38,482 nt of DNA from Methanoregula sp. (GCA_039698055.1 JBDKTL010000011.1:1-38482); one strand, 5' to 3'; numbered from the stretch's first letter, positions 1-10,862 are shown. The notes: generated by a model from the letters alone, not told the origin. Program-made: numbers and translations.

Positions 1-111
1 GCCGGTTCAATCCTTATCGATATTAACGAGGAATGGATCACGGGTAACCGGTATTTATCTGTGATGAGTGAGATGATCTCTCTGGATACAGGTGCTGCTG
101 ATTTTACAGCA

Positions 112-330
112 TTATAGAGACACTACCATCCCGGAATCGGAAAAACAGATCGCTTGTGCGGAGTAGTTTTCCGAAATGCCTTTTAAGGGTAATTTCTTGA
201 TATAGTCGTATGAGCGGGAGATAATGCCGATCAACTGGTCTGCATCCGGATACCCTGCCACCCATTTCTCAATCTCAGAAACGCTGGGAAATTCATCAGT
301 ATATTTGTAATACCCGGATTGATTGTCCAC
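112..330 (-). CDS. small hypothetical protein (72 aa)
   Basis: GTG-start ORF in AT-richer DNA with an AT-rich stretch upstream (~350-370); no recognisable motif. Confidence 0.3.
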   Translation of the reverse strand: MDNQSGYYKYTDEFPSVSEIEKWVAGYPDADQLIGIISRSYDYIKKLPLKGISENYSAQAICFSDSGMVVSL

Positions 331-443
331 ATCAGCTCTTGAGTGATTGCATTATTAAAATATTTTGAAAGGATATAATGGATTTCGCCAAAAAACGGGA
401 TAACCGCCAGATAAAAATGCGATCATCGTTTTTCCGGTAAAAA

Positions 444-2135
444 TTACTTGTGGGTGAAATACGCCCGGACACCCGATGCATCCACCGCATCGATTTTCAC
501 AAAACCCACCCGCTCAAACTGGATGACCTTTCCCAGTTCAGCCTGCACCCCGGGTTCACACATGCCGCTGATGACCCCTTCCTGCGTGAGAACCGTACAG
601 GGGATACATGCCTGCGCCGGGAGCCACTGGATGATGTGAGCCTTTGCCGCCCGGGCGTCGGTCAGTGCATCGCCGGCATAGGAAAATGACGCTGTGCCGT
701 CGTTCCATGCGATGCGGACATTGAAGAGGTCCTTTAACCGGACCATCGTTGCATCCGGGCTGATATCGGCTTTTGGCAGCAGCACGGAGCCCTCAAACAC
801 CAGCGTGCGGGAACCGCGTGCCGGATCGGAGGGGTGAAGCATTGCGTGGGCGGTATGGTGGGGGGCACCTTCAATGGTTGCCGGTACCGGGTCCGGCACA
901 AAGAAATACCGGTTGGCTATCGGGTCGACAATCTTCCGGTTCTCCGCATAGAGATTGTCCCACGAGAACGAGATATCCGTGTCGCCGATACCAATTGCAA
1001 GCATCGCATTTTTTACCGCTTCTGCGCAGATCCCCCGCCGGGCAAGCGCCCGCAGGGTTCCAAGGCGGATATCGTCCCAGCCGGAATAGGTGCCGTCGTT
1101 AATCCCCTGCCGCATCTGTGAGGTCGACAGCACGACGCCTTCAATGCCCATCCTGCCGTAATGCCGGTACACGGGAACCTCCCAGCCAAAATGGTCGTAG
1201 ATGTAGCGCTGCCGCCGGGTATTGGCAATGTGGTCCTTGCCCCGGATCACGTGCGTAACGCCCAGCAGGTGGTCGTCTGCCACAACCGAGAAGTTCATGA
1301 GCGGATAAACGTGGGCATCGACTTTCGGGTGCTTTGGGGAGTCAAGGATACGGAATATCGGGAAATCACGCATCGCCGGGTCAGGGTGCAGGAGATCGGT
1401 TTTCACCCGGACCGATGCCTCGCCTTCAGAAAAACCATGGCTGATCATCTTCTCCCACAGGGCACGGTTGGTCTCCATGGGTTGATCACGGCACGGGCAG
1501 GCGGTCTTTGCCTGTTTGAGCGCCTTGAACTGCTCGTTGTCGCAGGTGCAGACATATGCCCCCCCGCGTTCGATTAACTGGGTGCAGAGGTCATAGTACA
1601 GGGAAAGACGGTCACTCTGGGTAACCGTCTCGGTTATGCCAAGGCCCAGCCATTCAATGTCCTCTTTGACCATCGCGTAGGCTTCGGGATCGACCCGTTT
1701 TGGATCGGTATCCTCGATGCGCAGGATATACCGTCCCCCGTATTGCCGGACATAGGCGTCGTTGAGCGCTGCCGCACGGGCATGGCCGATATGGAGCGGG
1801 CCCGACGGGTTGGGTGCAAACCGCATAACAACGCCGTGCTCTGCCCCTTCAAGGTCCGGCAGGACCTTTTTGTGCTCGTGCTTCTCGAACAGCGCCGCGT
1901 ACATCTCCGGGGCAAGTTCTTTGAGTTTTTCCACCCGCTCATCCACGGACAGTGCCGCGACTTTGGCGATTGAGAGTTTTGCACCCGCAGATATTTCCTG
2001 TGCCCGGGACCGCATCTCCGGGTGGGCGCCCATTACCATCCCGATAACGGCCCCTGCCTGCGGAACACCGCCGTGCCTGACCGCATTCTGGAGAGCGCAC
2101 AGGAAAAGAAGTGCCTGTGGATCTTCCCCCGGCAT
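444..2135 (-). CDS. gltX: glutamate--tRNA ligase (archaeal non-discriminating type)
   Basis: RFAPNPSGPLHIGH (HIGH motif), LRIEDTDP, CTC/CPC zinc ligands, THVIRGKDH, QFERVGF. Confidence 0.98.
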   Translation of the reverse strand: MPGEDPQALLFLCALQNAVRHGGVPQAGAVIGMVMGAHPEMRSRAQEISAGAKLSIAKVAALSVDERVEKLKELAPEMYAALFEKHEHKKVLPDLEGAEHGVVMRFAPNPSGPLHIGHARAAALNDAYVRQYGGRYILRIEDTDPKRVDPEAYAMVKEDIEWLGLGITETVTQSDRLSLYYDLCTQLIERGGAYVCTCDNEQFKALKQAKTACPCRDQPMETNRALWEKMISHGFSEGEASVRVKTDLLHPDPAMRDFPIFRILDSPKHPKVDAHVYPLMNFSVVADDHLLGVTHVIRGKDHIANTRRQRYIYDHFGWEVPVYRHYGRMGIEGVVLSTSQMRQGINDGTYSGWDDIRLGTLRALARRGICAEAVKNAMLAIGIGDTDISFSWDNLYAENRKIVDPIANRYFFVPDPVPATIEGAPHHTAHAMLHPSDPARGSRTLVFEGSVLLPKADISPDATMVRLKDLFNVRIAWNDGTASFSYAGDALTDARAAKAHIIQWLPAQACIPCTVLTQEGVISGMCEPGVQAELGKVIQFERVGFVKIDAVDASGVRAYFTHK

Positions 2136-3104
2136 TTAGAAGCTCCGGGTGACAAAATATTCGCCAATATCCATGAGGAGCTGGCGTTCCTTTGAGGGGG
2201 GGAGGATGGCGAGCAGCCGGTTGCTCTCTTTTACAAGCCCATCTGCCACGGATTTTACCTCGTCGATAACACCCGCATCGGTCAGCTCTTTGATCGCTGC
2301 ATCGATGTCTGCATCGGAAAGATCCGGCCGCTTGTATTTTGTGAGATCGAGTCCCCGTTCCCGGGCTTTAATCATGATGAGCGTCTGCTTGCCTTCCCGG
2401 AGATCGGAGCCCCGGTCCTTACCGCTCTTTTCTGTCGGGGTAAGCATATCGATAATATCGTCCTGTATCTGGAATGCCATGCCGGTGTTTAACCCGAACT
2501 GGAACAGGGATTTTACCTGCCGGCCGTTGCCGCCGGCAAGAATACCGCCGATACCGGCTGCTGCCGCGTAGAGAACACCGGTCTTTTTCCGGACCATTTC
2601 AAGGTATTCGCCTTCAGTCACATCCTCACGGTGCTCAAATGACATGTCCTGGTGCTGGCCTTCACAGATATCGGCACAGGCACGGGCAAGCATGGATACT
2701 GCCCGGACTTTTGCATTATCCGAAGCTATCGAGATGCAGATGAACTCAAATGCACGGGCATAGAGCACATCGCCGGCAAGAATGCCGGTGGGCATGTCCC
2801 ACTTGGTATGCACCGTCGGCACACCACGCCGCATCGAGTCGTCGTCCATGATATCGTCGTGGATGAGCGTGAACGTGTGGGTGAGTTCAAGTGCCAGCGC
2901 CGCCGGTAAAATCTCTGAAGAACTGCCGCGCTTCACCGCATCCGCTGCGAGCATGACCACGGCGGGACGGAGCCGTTTTCCGCCGGCATTGAGCAGGTGG
3001 GCAGACGCCTTGTTGAGTTCCCCGACTGAGTTGGTGAAATACCGGTTGATCAGGCTGTCAACCTGCAGTGCGACTGATTCCAGGTACGGTGATAGTTCCG
3101 ACAT
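2136..3104 (-). CDS. idsA: geranylgeranyl diphosphate synthase
   Basis: GGKRLRP, first Asp-rich motif LIHDDIMD..RRG, GQ..D, KTG, second Asp-rich motif FQIQDD. Confidence 0.95.
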   Translation of the reverse strand: MSELSPYLESVALQVDSLINRYFTNSVGELNKASAHLLNAGGKRLRPAVVMLAADAVKRGSSSEILPAALALELTHTFTLIHDDIMDDDSMRRGVPTVHTKWDMPTGILAGDVLYARAFEFICISIASDNAKVRAVSMLARACADICEGQHQDMSFEHREDVTEGEYLEMVRKKTGVLYAAAAGIGGILAGGNGRQVKSLFQFGLNTGMAFQIQDDIIDMLTPTEKSGKDRGSDLREGKQTLIMIKARERGLDLTKYKRPDLSDADIDAAIKELTDAGVIDEVKSVADGLVKESNRLLAILPPSKERQLLMDIGEYFVTRSF

Positions 3105-3117
3105 TGTTGTTCCTCAT

Positions 3118-4455
3118 CTAATTCAGTTTGAGCCGCTGCCCGTTGCGCATAATATGGACCGTGGAGTGCAGCGTGTAACCGAGATCCCCGGCAAATTCCG
3201 CGTACGCACCGGTCATCTTTATGTGCCCGTGGGCAGGGATGATGTGCTGCGGCTGCAACAGGCTGATAAACTCGTAATGGTCTTCACGGTACGCGTGTCC
3301 GCTGACGTGGAGATCCTCAAACAGCCGGGCCCCGGCCATTTTGAGATGCGTTTCGATCATGTACCGCTGCCCGAAGTTCATCGGGTTTGGGATCACGTTT
3401 GCCGAGAAGAGCACCTTATCGCCCTTCGATAAAAGGTACGGTGTGTCCCCGAGCGCAATCCGGGTGAGAATGGACCCCGGTTCGCCCTGGTGGCCGGTGA
3501 TGATCGGTACAAACTGTTCTTTCCCGGATTTCATCATCCGGCGCATCGTCCGGTCAACCGTCCGCCGGTTGCCAAACACGCTCGTATCCTGCGGGAACGA
3601 CACGAGTTTCATCTGCTCTGCCGTCACGGAATATTTCTCCATCGACCGGCCAAGCAGCACCGGCTTCCTGCCGATCTCATGGGCGCATTCCGCGATCGTC
3701 TTGACACGGGCAATATGCGATGAGAACGTGGAGACGATGATCGCACTCTTGTCATCCTCGTAGCTCGTCATCGTGTCCCTGACCAGGTCCCGGGCGATAC
3801 GCTCGCTCGGGCACCTGCCGGGGCGATCGATATAGGTACTCTCCACGATAAGGGCGAGCACGCCTTCCTTTCCGATCTGGCGGAACCGTGCAAAGTCCGG
3901 GGGTTCCCCGATGACCGGTGTCCGGTCAAGCTTGAAGTCGCAGGCATAGACAATTGCCCCGTGCGGAGTATGAAGCACCGGCGTTACCGTGTCGATGATC
4001 GAGTGCTGGGTGCGGACAAATTCAAGGACAAGGGTTGGCGATATCGTATACCGCTGCCCTGATTTGAGCGCAAAAAGCTTGTTGTTGACGCCGAATTTCT
4101 GTTCGCCGGATATCTGCTGCCGGATCAGCTCTGTTGCGTACGGGGTTGCGATGATCGGCGCATTGTACCGGTGTGCCAGTTTCGGGATAGCCCCGATATG
4201 GTCCAGGTGCCCGTGCGAACAGACAATGGCTTTTACGGTCCCCTCGACCGAATTCATCATCGTATCGTCAGGTATCGCCTTGATCTTGATCAGATCAAGG
4301 GAGTGCATATTCTCAATCTCCGCATCTTCGTGGATCATTATCTGGTCCAGGCGAAGTCCCATGTCAAAGATAACAATCTCTTTTCCGCAGCGGACGGCGG
4401 TCATATTCCGCCCGACCTCGTCGTATCCGCCCACTGCAATAATTTCTATATCCAT
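3118..4455 (-). CDS. rnj: archaeal ribonuclease J (beta-CASP)
   Basis: GGYDEVGRNM, SHGHLDHIG metallo-beta-lactamase motif, TGHQGEP, HVSGH, PAHG. Confidence 0.96.
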   Translation of the reverse strand: MDIEIIAVGGYDEVGRNMTAVRCGKEIVIFDMGLRLDQIMIHEDAEIENMHSLDLIKIKAIPDDTMMNSVEGTVKAIVCSHGHLDHIGAIPKLAHRYNAPIIATPYATELIRQQISGEQKFGVNNKLFALKSGQRYTISPTLVLEFVRTQHSIIDTVTPVLHTPHGAIVYACDFKLDRTPVIGEPPDFARFRQIGKEGVLALIVESTYIDRPGRCPSERIARDLVRDTMTSYEDDKSAIIVSTFSSHIARVKTIAECAHEIGRKPVLLGRSMEKYSVTAEQMKLVSFPQDTSVFGNRRTVDRTMRRMMKSGKEQFVPIITGHQGEPGSILTRIALGDTPYLLSKGDKVLFSANVIPNPMNFGQRYMIETHLKMAGARLFEDLHVSGHAYREDHYEFISLLQPQHIIPAHGHIKMTGAYAEFAGDLGYTLHSTVHIMRNGQRLKLN

Positions 4456-4526
4456 AATCTATTCTCCTCTTGTTTTTGTTATGCCGTATACGTGTCCGGG
4501 GGAAAAATCTCCCGTCTCGGACTTCG

Positions 4527-5618
4527 TTATCTCCGGATTCTCACCGGGTTGTCCTTTTCAATCATCTGGCGTGTCCGTCCCATGATATACAACCGTGCTT
4601 TTCGCAGGTCGGCAATTTTTGCAGATCCTGTAAGGAACATCGTTACTGCCAGTTCATGGTGCACCGTTTCAATCCAGTGCACCAGTGCTTCGTCGCTTTC
4701 AAGCGCCGGTTTTAAGAGCGGGAGCGCCATGCCGCAGAGATCCGCACCGAGGGCAAGACCTTTTGCCATATCCATGCCACTGCGGACACCTCCGGACGCG
4801 ATCACCGGGCTGCCGGATGAAAGAACCTCAGCGAGGCTTACAACCGTGGGTATTCCCCATGCAGAGAAGTCTTCGCCTAATGTTTTTAATGATTTGTCCT
4901 GTGCATTCGCACTTTCGTCTGCCCGGACACTTTCGACCGCGGCCCATGAGGTCCCGCCCCAGCCGCCAACATCGATTGCCCGGACTCCCGCACCCCAGCA
5001 CTGGCGTGCAGTCATCGCCGAGATGCCGCAACCGGTCTCTTTTACGATCACCGGTGTTTTGAGCTCCGCACACAGGTCCTGGATGGCGGCAAGACACCCG
5101 ACTGCGTTGTGGTCGCCTTCCGGCTGGATGGCTTCCTGCAGGAAATTGAGGTGGATGGCAATCGCATCCGCATCGATCATCTCGACTGCCCGCTCTGCCC
5201 ATTCCGTCCCGTGATCGCGGAGCTGGACAGCACCGAGGTTTGCCACGAGAAACGCATGGGGTGCTTCGTCCCGCACCACGGTAAACGTGTCGGCAAGTGC
5301 CGGGTTTTCAAGCGCAGCCCGCTGTGAGCCGACGCCCATGCCAATGCCAAACCGCCCGGCGACCCGGGCAAGGCGGGCATTCACATCCTTTGTGCCGGGA
5401 TGACCGCCGGTCATCGCAGATATGAAGAGGGGGGAGGCAAACGGGTGGCCCAGAAACCGGGTGGACAGGTCAATGTGGCCCATATCGCATTCCGGTAACG
5501 CATTATGGACAAACCTGACATCGCCAAAACCGGCGTCGCCGGACTCGACATCCTTTTCCGCACAGATGCGCAGGTGGTCGAGCTTGCGTGACGACGTGAA
5601 CCGTTTTTTATCTCCCAT
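4527..5618 (-). CDS. fni: type 2 isopentenyl-diphosphate delta-isomerase
   Basis: RKLDH, AMTGG, VGSQR, HLNFLQE, VKETGCG, GGTSW, ASGGVR. Confidence 0.97.
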   Translation of the reverse strand: MGDKKRFTSSRKLDHLRICAEKDVESGDAGFGDVRFVHNALPECDMGHIDLSTRFLGHPFASPLFISAMTGGHPGTKDVNARLARVAGRFGIGMGVGSQRAALENPALADTFTVVRDEAPHAFLVANLGAVQLRDHGTEWAERAVEMIDADAIAIHLNFLQEAIQPEGDHNAVGCLAAIQDLCAELKTPVIVKETGCGISAMTARQCWGAGVRAIDVGGWGGTSWAAVESVRADESANAQDKSLKTLGEDFSAWGIPTVVSLAEVLSSGSPVIASGGVRSGMDMAKGLALGADLCGMALPLLKPALESDEALVHWIETVHHELAVTMFLTGSAKIADLRKARLYIMGRTRQMIEKDNPVRIRR

Positions 5619-5623
5619 AAGAT

Positions 5624-6379
5624 TTACTCCCCCCTCACTTTTGTCCCGCCATGGTCGTTTCCGGCAAGGAAATCCCCGACCCGCGAGACATGAAATATGT
5701 CGGAACTGATCCCCGCTTGTGCGAGTTCGAGCAGTTCATTGATTTTTCCTCTCATTCCACCGGTGACATCGGTATGCATCGAGTTGCCGATCCGGAGTGC
5801 GTGTGCAGTTTCTGGTGTAATCACCGGCACGACGCGTTCCTCATCCAGCACTCCCGGTACATCGGTGGCGAGCCCGACGCGGTTGAATGCCAGTGCAACC
5901 GCAAGATACCGCACGAGCTGATCGCCCGATACGATACAGGCTCCCTGCGAGAGATCCATCACCACGTCGCCGTGGATCACCGGAACCATCCCCAGGCTAA
6001 GCATGGTCTCAAGGTGCCGCACCTCAAAGGAAACAAGCCTGCCCTTGTCTGCGACTGCCACATGAAGCGGGTGAATACCTACCGCCTTAACACCCTGTGC
6101 CCGCAGCGCACTCACCACTTCATCATTCAGCCAGGAAACAACCCGGTGGGTGATATAAATTCCGTCCGTTTCCCCCACCGTTGCTCCACGGTCGAGCCGG
6201 TACCGTTTTGCCTCGGGATGCCCGCACGAGCCGGCACCATGCACCACGAGAATACCAGATGATGGAGCAGATCCTATCGCCTTGGCAACCCTGCAAAGTG
6301 CCTCACGGTCGATCGCACAATCCGCACTCTTGTCCGTGATGACACTGCCACCCAGTTTCAGGAGAACCCGGTCAGACAT
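5624..6379 (-). CDS. ipk: isopentenyl phosphate kinase
   Basis: LKLGGSVITDK, VHGAGSCGH, HGD, SGD, DVTGGM; start moved to ATG 6379 (MSDRV), overlapping the mvk stop. Confidence 0.95.
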   Translation of the reverse strand: MSDRVLLKLGGSVITDKSADCAIDREALCRVAKAIGSAPSSGILVVHGAGSCGHPEAKRYRLDRGATVGETDGIYITHRVVSWLNDEVVSALRAQGVKAVGIHPLHVAVADKGRLVSFEVRHLETMLSLGMVPVIHGDVVMDLSQGACIVSGDQLVRYLAVALAFNRVGLATDVPGVLDEERVVPVITPETAHALRIGNSMHTDVTGGMRGKINELLELAQAGISSDIFHVSRVGDFLAGNDHGGTKVRGE

Positions 6380-7241
6380 TTTTCTCCTTTCTTGCACCCT
6401 CGGTATCGATGCTGGTGACGACGGCCCGTGCGTCGCACTCCTCAATTGCAGCGGCAATCCGGAACTTGAGGGGTTTTGGGCAGAGGGCAATCATGCATCC
6501 CCCGCCACCGGCACCGGTAATCTTTGCGCCAAACGCACCTGCCGATCTCGCGGCAAACACAAGCCGTGACAGTTGCGGGTGGCCGACTCCCAGCACTTCG
6601 AGGAGTGCATGGTTCATGTTCATGTACCGCCCGAGTTCTTTGGGGTTGTCCAGGTGATGGATCGCCGAAAGGCTGACGCCTTCTATCGCGTCCAGCACCG
6701 GGTCGACAATCGTCGGGTGCTTCTTTTTGAGATCGCTGACCTGCTCCACCATCTTTGCCGTGCTGTGCGATACCAGCGAGTCCCCGATCACCAGCTGGAT
6801 GTTCTGCGGGGGAAGCCGCCGGCGTTCGCCATTGGAGATAAAGACAATGCCCCCGTATGCGGACACGGTCGTATCCGTCGGGCTCGCCCGCCCTTTCTGC
6901 ACCGTCTTTTCAACTTCAAACGCCATATTGGCAATATCTTCCCTTGTCTTCTTTTTCCCGAACTCATCGTTGATGGCACAGAGCGTCGCCACCGTCACCG
7001 CCGCAGACGACCCCAGTCCCGAGGAACTGGGCAGCTGCGAGTTGATATAGACGCTGCCGGAAACGCCCATCGCTTCAAAACAACCGTCGATATACGGGGA
7101 TTTTGCCCGCTGGGCACGTTTTGTCTGCCGGACCGTGACAAAGACCCGGGGCTTGATTGCCATCGCAATCCCGGGCTTGCCATACACCACGGCGTGCTCG
7201 CCGAACAGGAACACCTTGCCCGGCGCACTCCACGTTGCCAA
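6372..7241 (-). CDS. mvk: mevalonate kinase
   Basis: APGKVFLFGEHAVVYG, PSSSGLGSSAA GHMP motif, KITGAGGGG; TTG start. Confidence 0.96.
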   Translation of the reverse strand: MATWSAPGKVFLFGEHAVVYGKPGIAMAIKPRVFVTVRQTKRAQRAKSPYIDGCFEAMGVSGSVYINSQLPSSSGLGSSAAVTVATLCAINDEFGKKKTREDIANMAFEVEKTVQKGRASPTDTTVSAYGGIVFISNGERRRLPPQNIQLVIGDSLVSHSTAKMVEQVSDLKKKHPTIVDPVLDAIEGVSLSAIHHLDNPKELGRYMNMNHALLEVLGVGHPQLSRLVFAARSAGAFGAKITGAGGGGCMIALCPKPLKFRIAAAIEECDARAVVTSIDTEGARKEKNV

Positions 7242-7242
7242 C

Positions 7243-8031
7243 CTACATCACCGCAATGGCAGCGTACCCGACGACGCTGCTATGGTCTCCCGTCGCATCG
7301 CCGCTGGTCGCATATCGGATCAGGTGTGCTGCCGTCGCACCGAGCTCCTGTGCGACCGTCACCATCACCGCAATCGGCCCATACCCGCATGCAGATACGC
7401 CCCGGGCTTCAATCCGCCGGTAAAACTCCGTAACGTTTAAGGTATTGAGTGCCTCGATCGCATAGAGATCGTCGGTTTTTGCTTTTATCTCGGGCACATA
7501 GTGCGAGAAGTCGCTCGATGCAACAATCCGCACATCCCGCCCGGTCTTTTTTATCGCTCCGACGATCCTGCCTGCGACCTGTCCGACATCGGAAATATCC
7601 TGGGAGCCCATCATGATGGGGGCAATCCGTGCCCGGGGGAACCGGTACTTGATAAACGGCACCTGCACTTCGATAGAGTGCTCCCCTTCCTGGGATAGTT
7701 CGTCAGTTTCCATGTCGAGGGCATGAACAAACTCTGCGTCGGTCTCAACAACGCCAAGCGGGGTTTCCCACGGGATTGCCGAAACGCAGCTGATGTATCC
7801 CTTGTGCGAGGGGCCGATGATGACAAAGGTACCGGAAAAACCGGGAGCGATCGCGGAGAACGCCTGAGCCGCAACCTGCCCGGAATAGATATACCCGGCA
7901 TGGGGCGATACGATGCCCAGGGAATCCCCACCTGTATGTGCCGCAGAGAAAAAGGTTGCCAGCAGCTGCTCGAGATGGGATGGATCCCGCGGATAAAACA
8001 TACCCGCCACAGCGCATGGACGCATCTTCAT
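7243..8031 (-). CDS. amrB: MEMO1 family protein (AmmeMemoRadiSam protein B)
   Basis: AVAGMFYP, PHAGYIYSG, GPSH, EHSIEVQ, SSDFSHY, CGYGP, VVGYA. Confidence 0.93.
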   Translation of the reverse strand: MKMRPCAVAGMFYPRDPSHLEQLLATFFSAAHTGGDSLGIVSPHAGYIYSGQVAAQAFSAIAPGFSGTFVIIGPSHKGYISCVSAIPWETPLGVVETDAEFVHALDMETDELSQEGEHSIEVQVPFIKYRFPRARIAPIMMGSQDISDVGQVAGRIVGAIKKTGRDVRIVASSDFSHYVPEIKAKTDDLYAIEALNTLNVTEFYRRIEARGVSACGYGPIAVMVTVAQELGATAAHLIRYATSGDATGDHSSVVGYAAIAVM

Positions 8032-8069
8032 CGAATCAACCCTCTGGTTGTTCTGTTATATCTAACGAT

Positions 8070-8099
8070 CGGTCACCCTTTTTAAAAAAAAGAGGACCG
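8070..8099 (-). terminator. hairpin/U-tract after rps2
   Basis: minus strand CGGTCCTCTTTTTTTTAAAAAGGGTGACCG: T8 tract inside an imperfect inverted repeat directly after the rps2 stop. Confidence 0.45.
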
Positions 8100-8102
8100 G
8101 TT

Positions 8103-8714
8103 TTACATATCCGTTTCGAAGTCTTCCTGCGTCAGGGCTGTTGAGATTCCACGCAGCCTCATCATTTCACGGGCAAGCAGGAAGTATACCATCGAGAGCG
8201 CTTTGCGGCCTTTGTTGTTGGTCGGTATGACCAGGTCGACAAACCGGGTCATGTTGTTGGTATCGCAGAGTGCGACGACCGGTACACCGCACTGGACTGC
8301 TTCATTGATAACCTGTGCGTCGCCGATCGGGTCGGTCACGACAATGACCTTGGGCTCGATATATGCGCTGAGCACCGGGTTTGTCAGGAGGCCGGGGATA
8401 AAGCGCCCGGTTGCGGACATCGCACCGATCGTGTCGGCAAACTTCTTTGCCGGGTACTGCCCGTACTGGCGGGAGGTGACAACGAGGATCTCGGGTGCCT
8501 CGTACTGGGTCAAGAACTTCGCGACCGTCTTGATGCGGGCGTCGGTCTCGCGGATATCCAGGATATAGAGTCCATCGCCGCGGACGCGGTAGATGAACTT
8601 CTTCATGTCTTCACTCTTCTGCTGGGTACCGATATGGACACCGGCAGCAAGGTATTCCTCTACGGGGATGAGCGGTTCTTTTAATTCAATTTCCATCTCG
8701 TTTACAGTGGTCAT
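8103..8714 (-). CDS. rps2: 30S ribosomal protein uS2
   Basis: [32 protein letters not shown]; start ATG 8714 overlaps the eno stop (ATGA). Confidence 0.97.
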   Translation of the reverse strand: MTTVNEMEIELKEPLIPVEEYLAAGVHIGTQQKSEDMKKFIYRVRGDGLYILDIRETDARIKTVAKFLTQYEAPEILVVTSRQYGQYPAKKFADTIGAMSATGRFIPGLLTNPVLSAYIEPKVIVVTDPIGDAQVINEAVQCGVPVVALCDTNNMTRFVDLVIPTNNKGRKALSMVYFLLAREMMRLRGISTALTQEDFETDM

Positions 8715-9898
8715 AGCTGTTCCTCTATGCGTATCAGTTCGTTTAATTTTGCAATGCGTTCGCCACCCACCACTCCGCATTTTAAGAAAACACAGGAGAA
8801 TGCAGTTGCGAGATGCGCGATTGTCGTATCAGTAGTTTCACCGGACCGGTGGCTCATCACCGTATCCAGTCCATTGGCATGGGCGAGGCGTACTGCCTCA
8901 AAGGTATCGGTCAGTGTCCCGACCTGGTTTGGTTTGATGAGCACGCAGTTTGCAGAACCCTTTTCAATGCCCTGCATGATGCGGTCGACCTGGGTTACAA
9001 AGATGTCGTCTCCGCATACCAGGCACCGGTCGCCGATCTGGCTGTTGAGTTCGGCAAACGCGTCGAAGTCATCTTCATGGAGGGGATCTTCAACATAAAC
9101 AAGGTCGTAGCTGTCGACGAGCTCGGCAATATATGCCACCTGCTCCTCGGTAGAGCGGACCTTGTCCTTATATTTGTATCCATCACCGTTCCACATCTGG
9201 CTCGCCGCTACATCGATACCCATATCGACAGAGACATTCATCTCGTCAGCGACAAGTCCGGTCGCTTCGGCAATGAGCTCAAATGCGAGGGCATCATCGA
9301 TCTGTGGTGCCCAGGCACCCTCATCACCCTTGCCGGCAGCGATACCGCGTTTCTTTAAGAGTTCCTTGACCTGCCGGTGAACGGCAGCGTTTGCAAAGAC
9401 GGCTTCCCCGGCATCGGCTGCGTCCCCGGGCACGACCAGGAATTCCTGGATATCGGTTGAATTGAGTGCATGCGCACCGCCGCCAATGACGTTCCCGAGC
9501 GGCAGGGGCATCTCGTTGACAAACGCCCCGCCCAGGTACCGGAAGAGCGGCATACCCATGGCAGACGCAGCAGCTTTTGCATTTGCAAGAGAGAGCGCGA
9601 CAGCGACGTTTGCGCCAATATCGGCAAAGTTCGCCGTCCCGTCAATATCCCGGAGCTGGTCATCGAACATTTCCTGATCGCACGCGTTGATGCCGATCAG
9701 GGCGGGAATGACATTCTGGATGGCATTGTCGATGGCATCTTTTGGCGGCCTGACCTTTGCCTCAAGCGTACCGGTACTCGCACCGCTCGGGGCTGCTGCC
9801 CTGCCAAAGCCATCGGACGTATAAACGTCAGCTTCGACCGTGGGATTTCCCCGGCTGTCGAGGATTGTCCGCAGCTCGATTGCCTCAATGGTCGTCAT
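8711..9898 (-). CDS. eno: enolase
   Basis: [40 protein letters not shown]. Confidence 0.98.
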   Translation of the reverse strand: MTTIEAIELRTILDSRGNPTVEADVYTSDGFGRAAAPSGASTGTLEAKVRPPKDAIDNAIQNVIPALIGINACDQEMFDDQLRDIDGTANFADIGANVAVALSLANAKAAASAMGMPLFRYLGGAFVNEMPLPLGNVIGGGAHALNSTDIQEFLVVPGDAADAGEAVFANAAVHRQVKELLKKRGIAAGKGDEGAWAPQIDDALAFELIAEATGLVADEMNVSVDMGIDVAASQMWNGDGYKYKDKVRSTEEQVAYIAELVDSYDLVYVEDPLHEDDFDAFAELNSQIGDRCLVCGDDIFVTQVDRIMQGIEKGSANCVLIKPNQVGTLTDTFEAVRLAHANGLDTVMSHRSGETTDTTIAHLATAFSCVFLKCGVVGGERIAKLNELIRIEEQL

Positions 9899-9913
9899 TT
9901 GCGTTCTCTCCTT

Positions 9914-10087
9914 TTACTTCCTCTTTACGGTAATGGGGATAATGTTCGCGTTGAATTCCTCGATAGCGATCTCCAAAGGATCGATACGGGAAGTCGTCAC
10001 CAGTAACGGAGCACCCATTGATATCTGCAGAGCCCTTGCTCCAATAATTCTCGCCCGTTCATACCGGGTATATGTCTGCGTCTGCAT
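9914..10087 (-). CDS. rpoK: RNA polymerase subunit K (Rpo6); absent from the ORF track (57 aa)
   Basis: manual translation [57 protein letters not shown]. Confidence 0.97.
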   Translation of the reverse strand: MQTQTYTRYERARIIGARALQISMGAPLLVTTSRIDPLEIAIEEFNANIIPITVKRK

Positions 10088-10138
10088 TCCTTGTCCTCAA
10101 AATGATGTTAGTCAGATTTTTGTTTTTTTTTTTATAAA

Positions 10139-10213
10139 TGGGGTCGCTGAGATTTGAACTCAGGTCACTGCGTCCCGAACGCAATAGGATAGACCAGGCT
10201 ACCCTACGACCCC
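10139..10213 (-). tRNA. tRNA-Pro(CGG)
   Basis: GGGGTCG/CGACCCC acceptor stem, anticodon arm TTGCG-TTCGGGA-CGCAG, GTTCAAATC T-loop; no intron, CCA not encoded. Confidence 0.96.
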
Positions 10214-10228
10214 TCGTTCACATGTCGT

Positions 10229-10417
10229 TTACTGGTACGGGTTGAGCTCATCGATGATCTCTTTATGGGTGAGAAGCATGCGCCTGCAACAGTATCGGGA
10301 GATACCGAGATCGTCGAGGATCTTTTTAGGATCCTCGCCTTTCTCCCGACGTTCATTAAATTCCTGCCACGCAGTGGAAATTGGTTTTCCACAGGTGAAA
10401 CATCGTACGGGTATCAA
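10229..10417 (-). CDS. rpoN: RNA polymerase subunit N (Rpo10)
   Basis: [10 protein letters not shown]...RYCCRRM; probable TTG start at 10417 downstream of a GAGGT SD. Confidence 0.96.
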   Translation of the reverse strand: MIPVRCFTCGKPISTAWQEFNERREKGEDPKKILDDLGISRYCCRRMLLTHKEIIDELNPYQ

Positions 10418-10447
10418 GATTTTCGACCTCACAACATATCTTTTATC

Positions 10448-10852
10448 TTAACGATAAGACTTCTGGAATTTCTTTCGTGCTCCACGACCGTGGGGCTTCT
10501 TCGCTTCTTTCTGACGGGAGTCGTTCACAAGGAGCGTCCTGTCATACGTGAGATAAATGTCCTTGATTGCCGGATCATTTGTCCACTTCAGGATGCCACG
10601 TGCGAGCGCCGTCCTGACCGCTTCCGCCTGTCCCATAACTCCGCCGCCGGATACATCGATGGTCACATCGATGTTGGCGACTGCGTTTGGCACAAGGAGG
10701 ATCGGTTCGGCGATCTTCATCCGGGTCGTGTCGCTGCCGTACTGTTCGAGCGGTACGGAGTTGATCCGGATGATGCCTTTGCCGGCCTTTAATGTTGCAC
10801 GGGCAATTGCTGTCTTGCGTTTTCCGCTTGTGTTAATGATCTTTACCACCAT
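10448..10852 (-). CDS. rps9: 30S ribosomal protein uS9
   Basis: GKRKTAIARA, GGGVMGQAEA, ARKKFQKSYR; start at MVVKII. Confidence 0.97.
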   Translation of the reverse strand: MVVKIINTSGKRKTAIARATLKAGKGIIRINSVPLEQYGSDTTRMKIAEPILLVPNAVANIDVTIDVSGGGVMGQAEAVRTALARGILKWTNDPAIKDIYLTYDRTLLVNDSRQKEAKKPHGRGARKKFQKSYR

Positions 10853-10862
10853 AGTGACCACC

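Noticed and set aside
1-117. Open plus-strand frame from the window edge (AGSILIDINEEWITGNRYL...)
   Set aside because: May be a gene 3' end, but it is too short to identify or support
4171-5214. 347-aa plus-strand ORF
   Set aside because: Antisense shadow of fni/rnj with no motif
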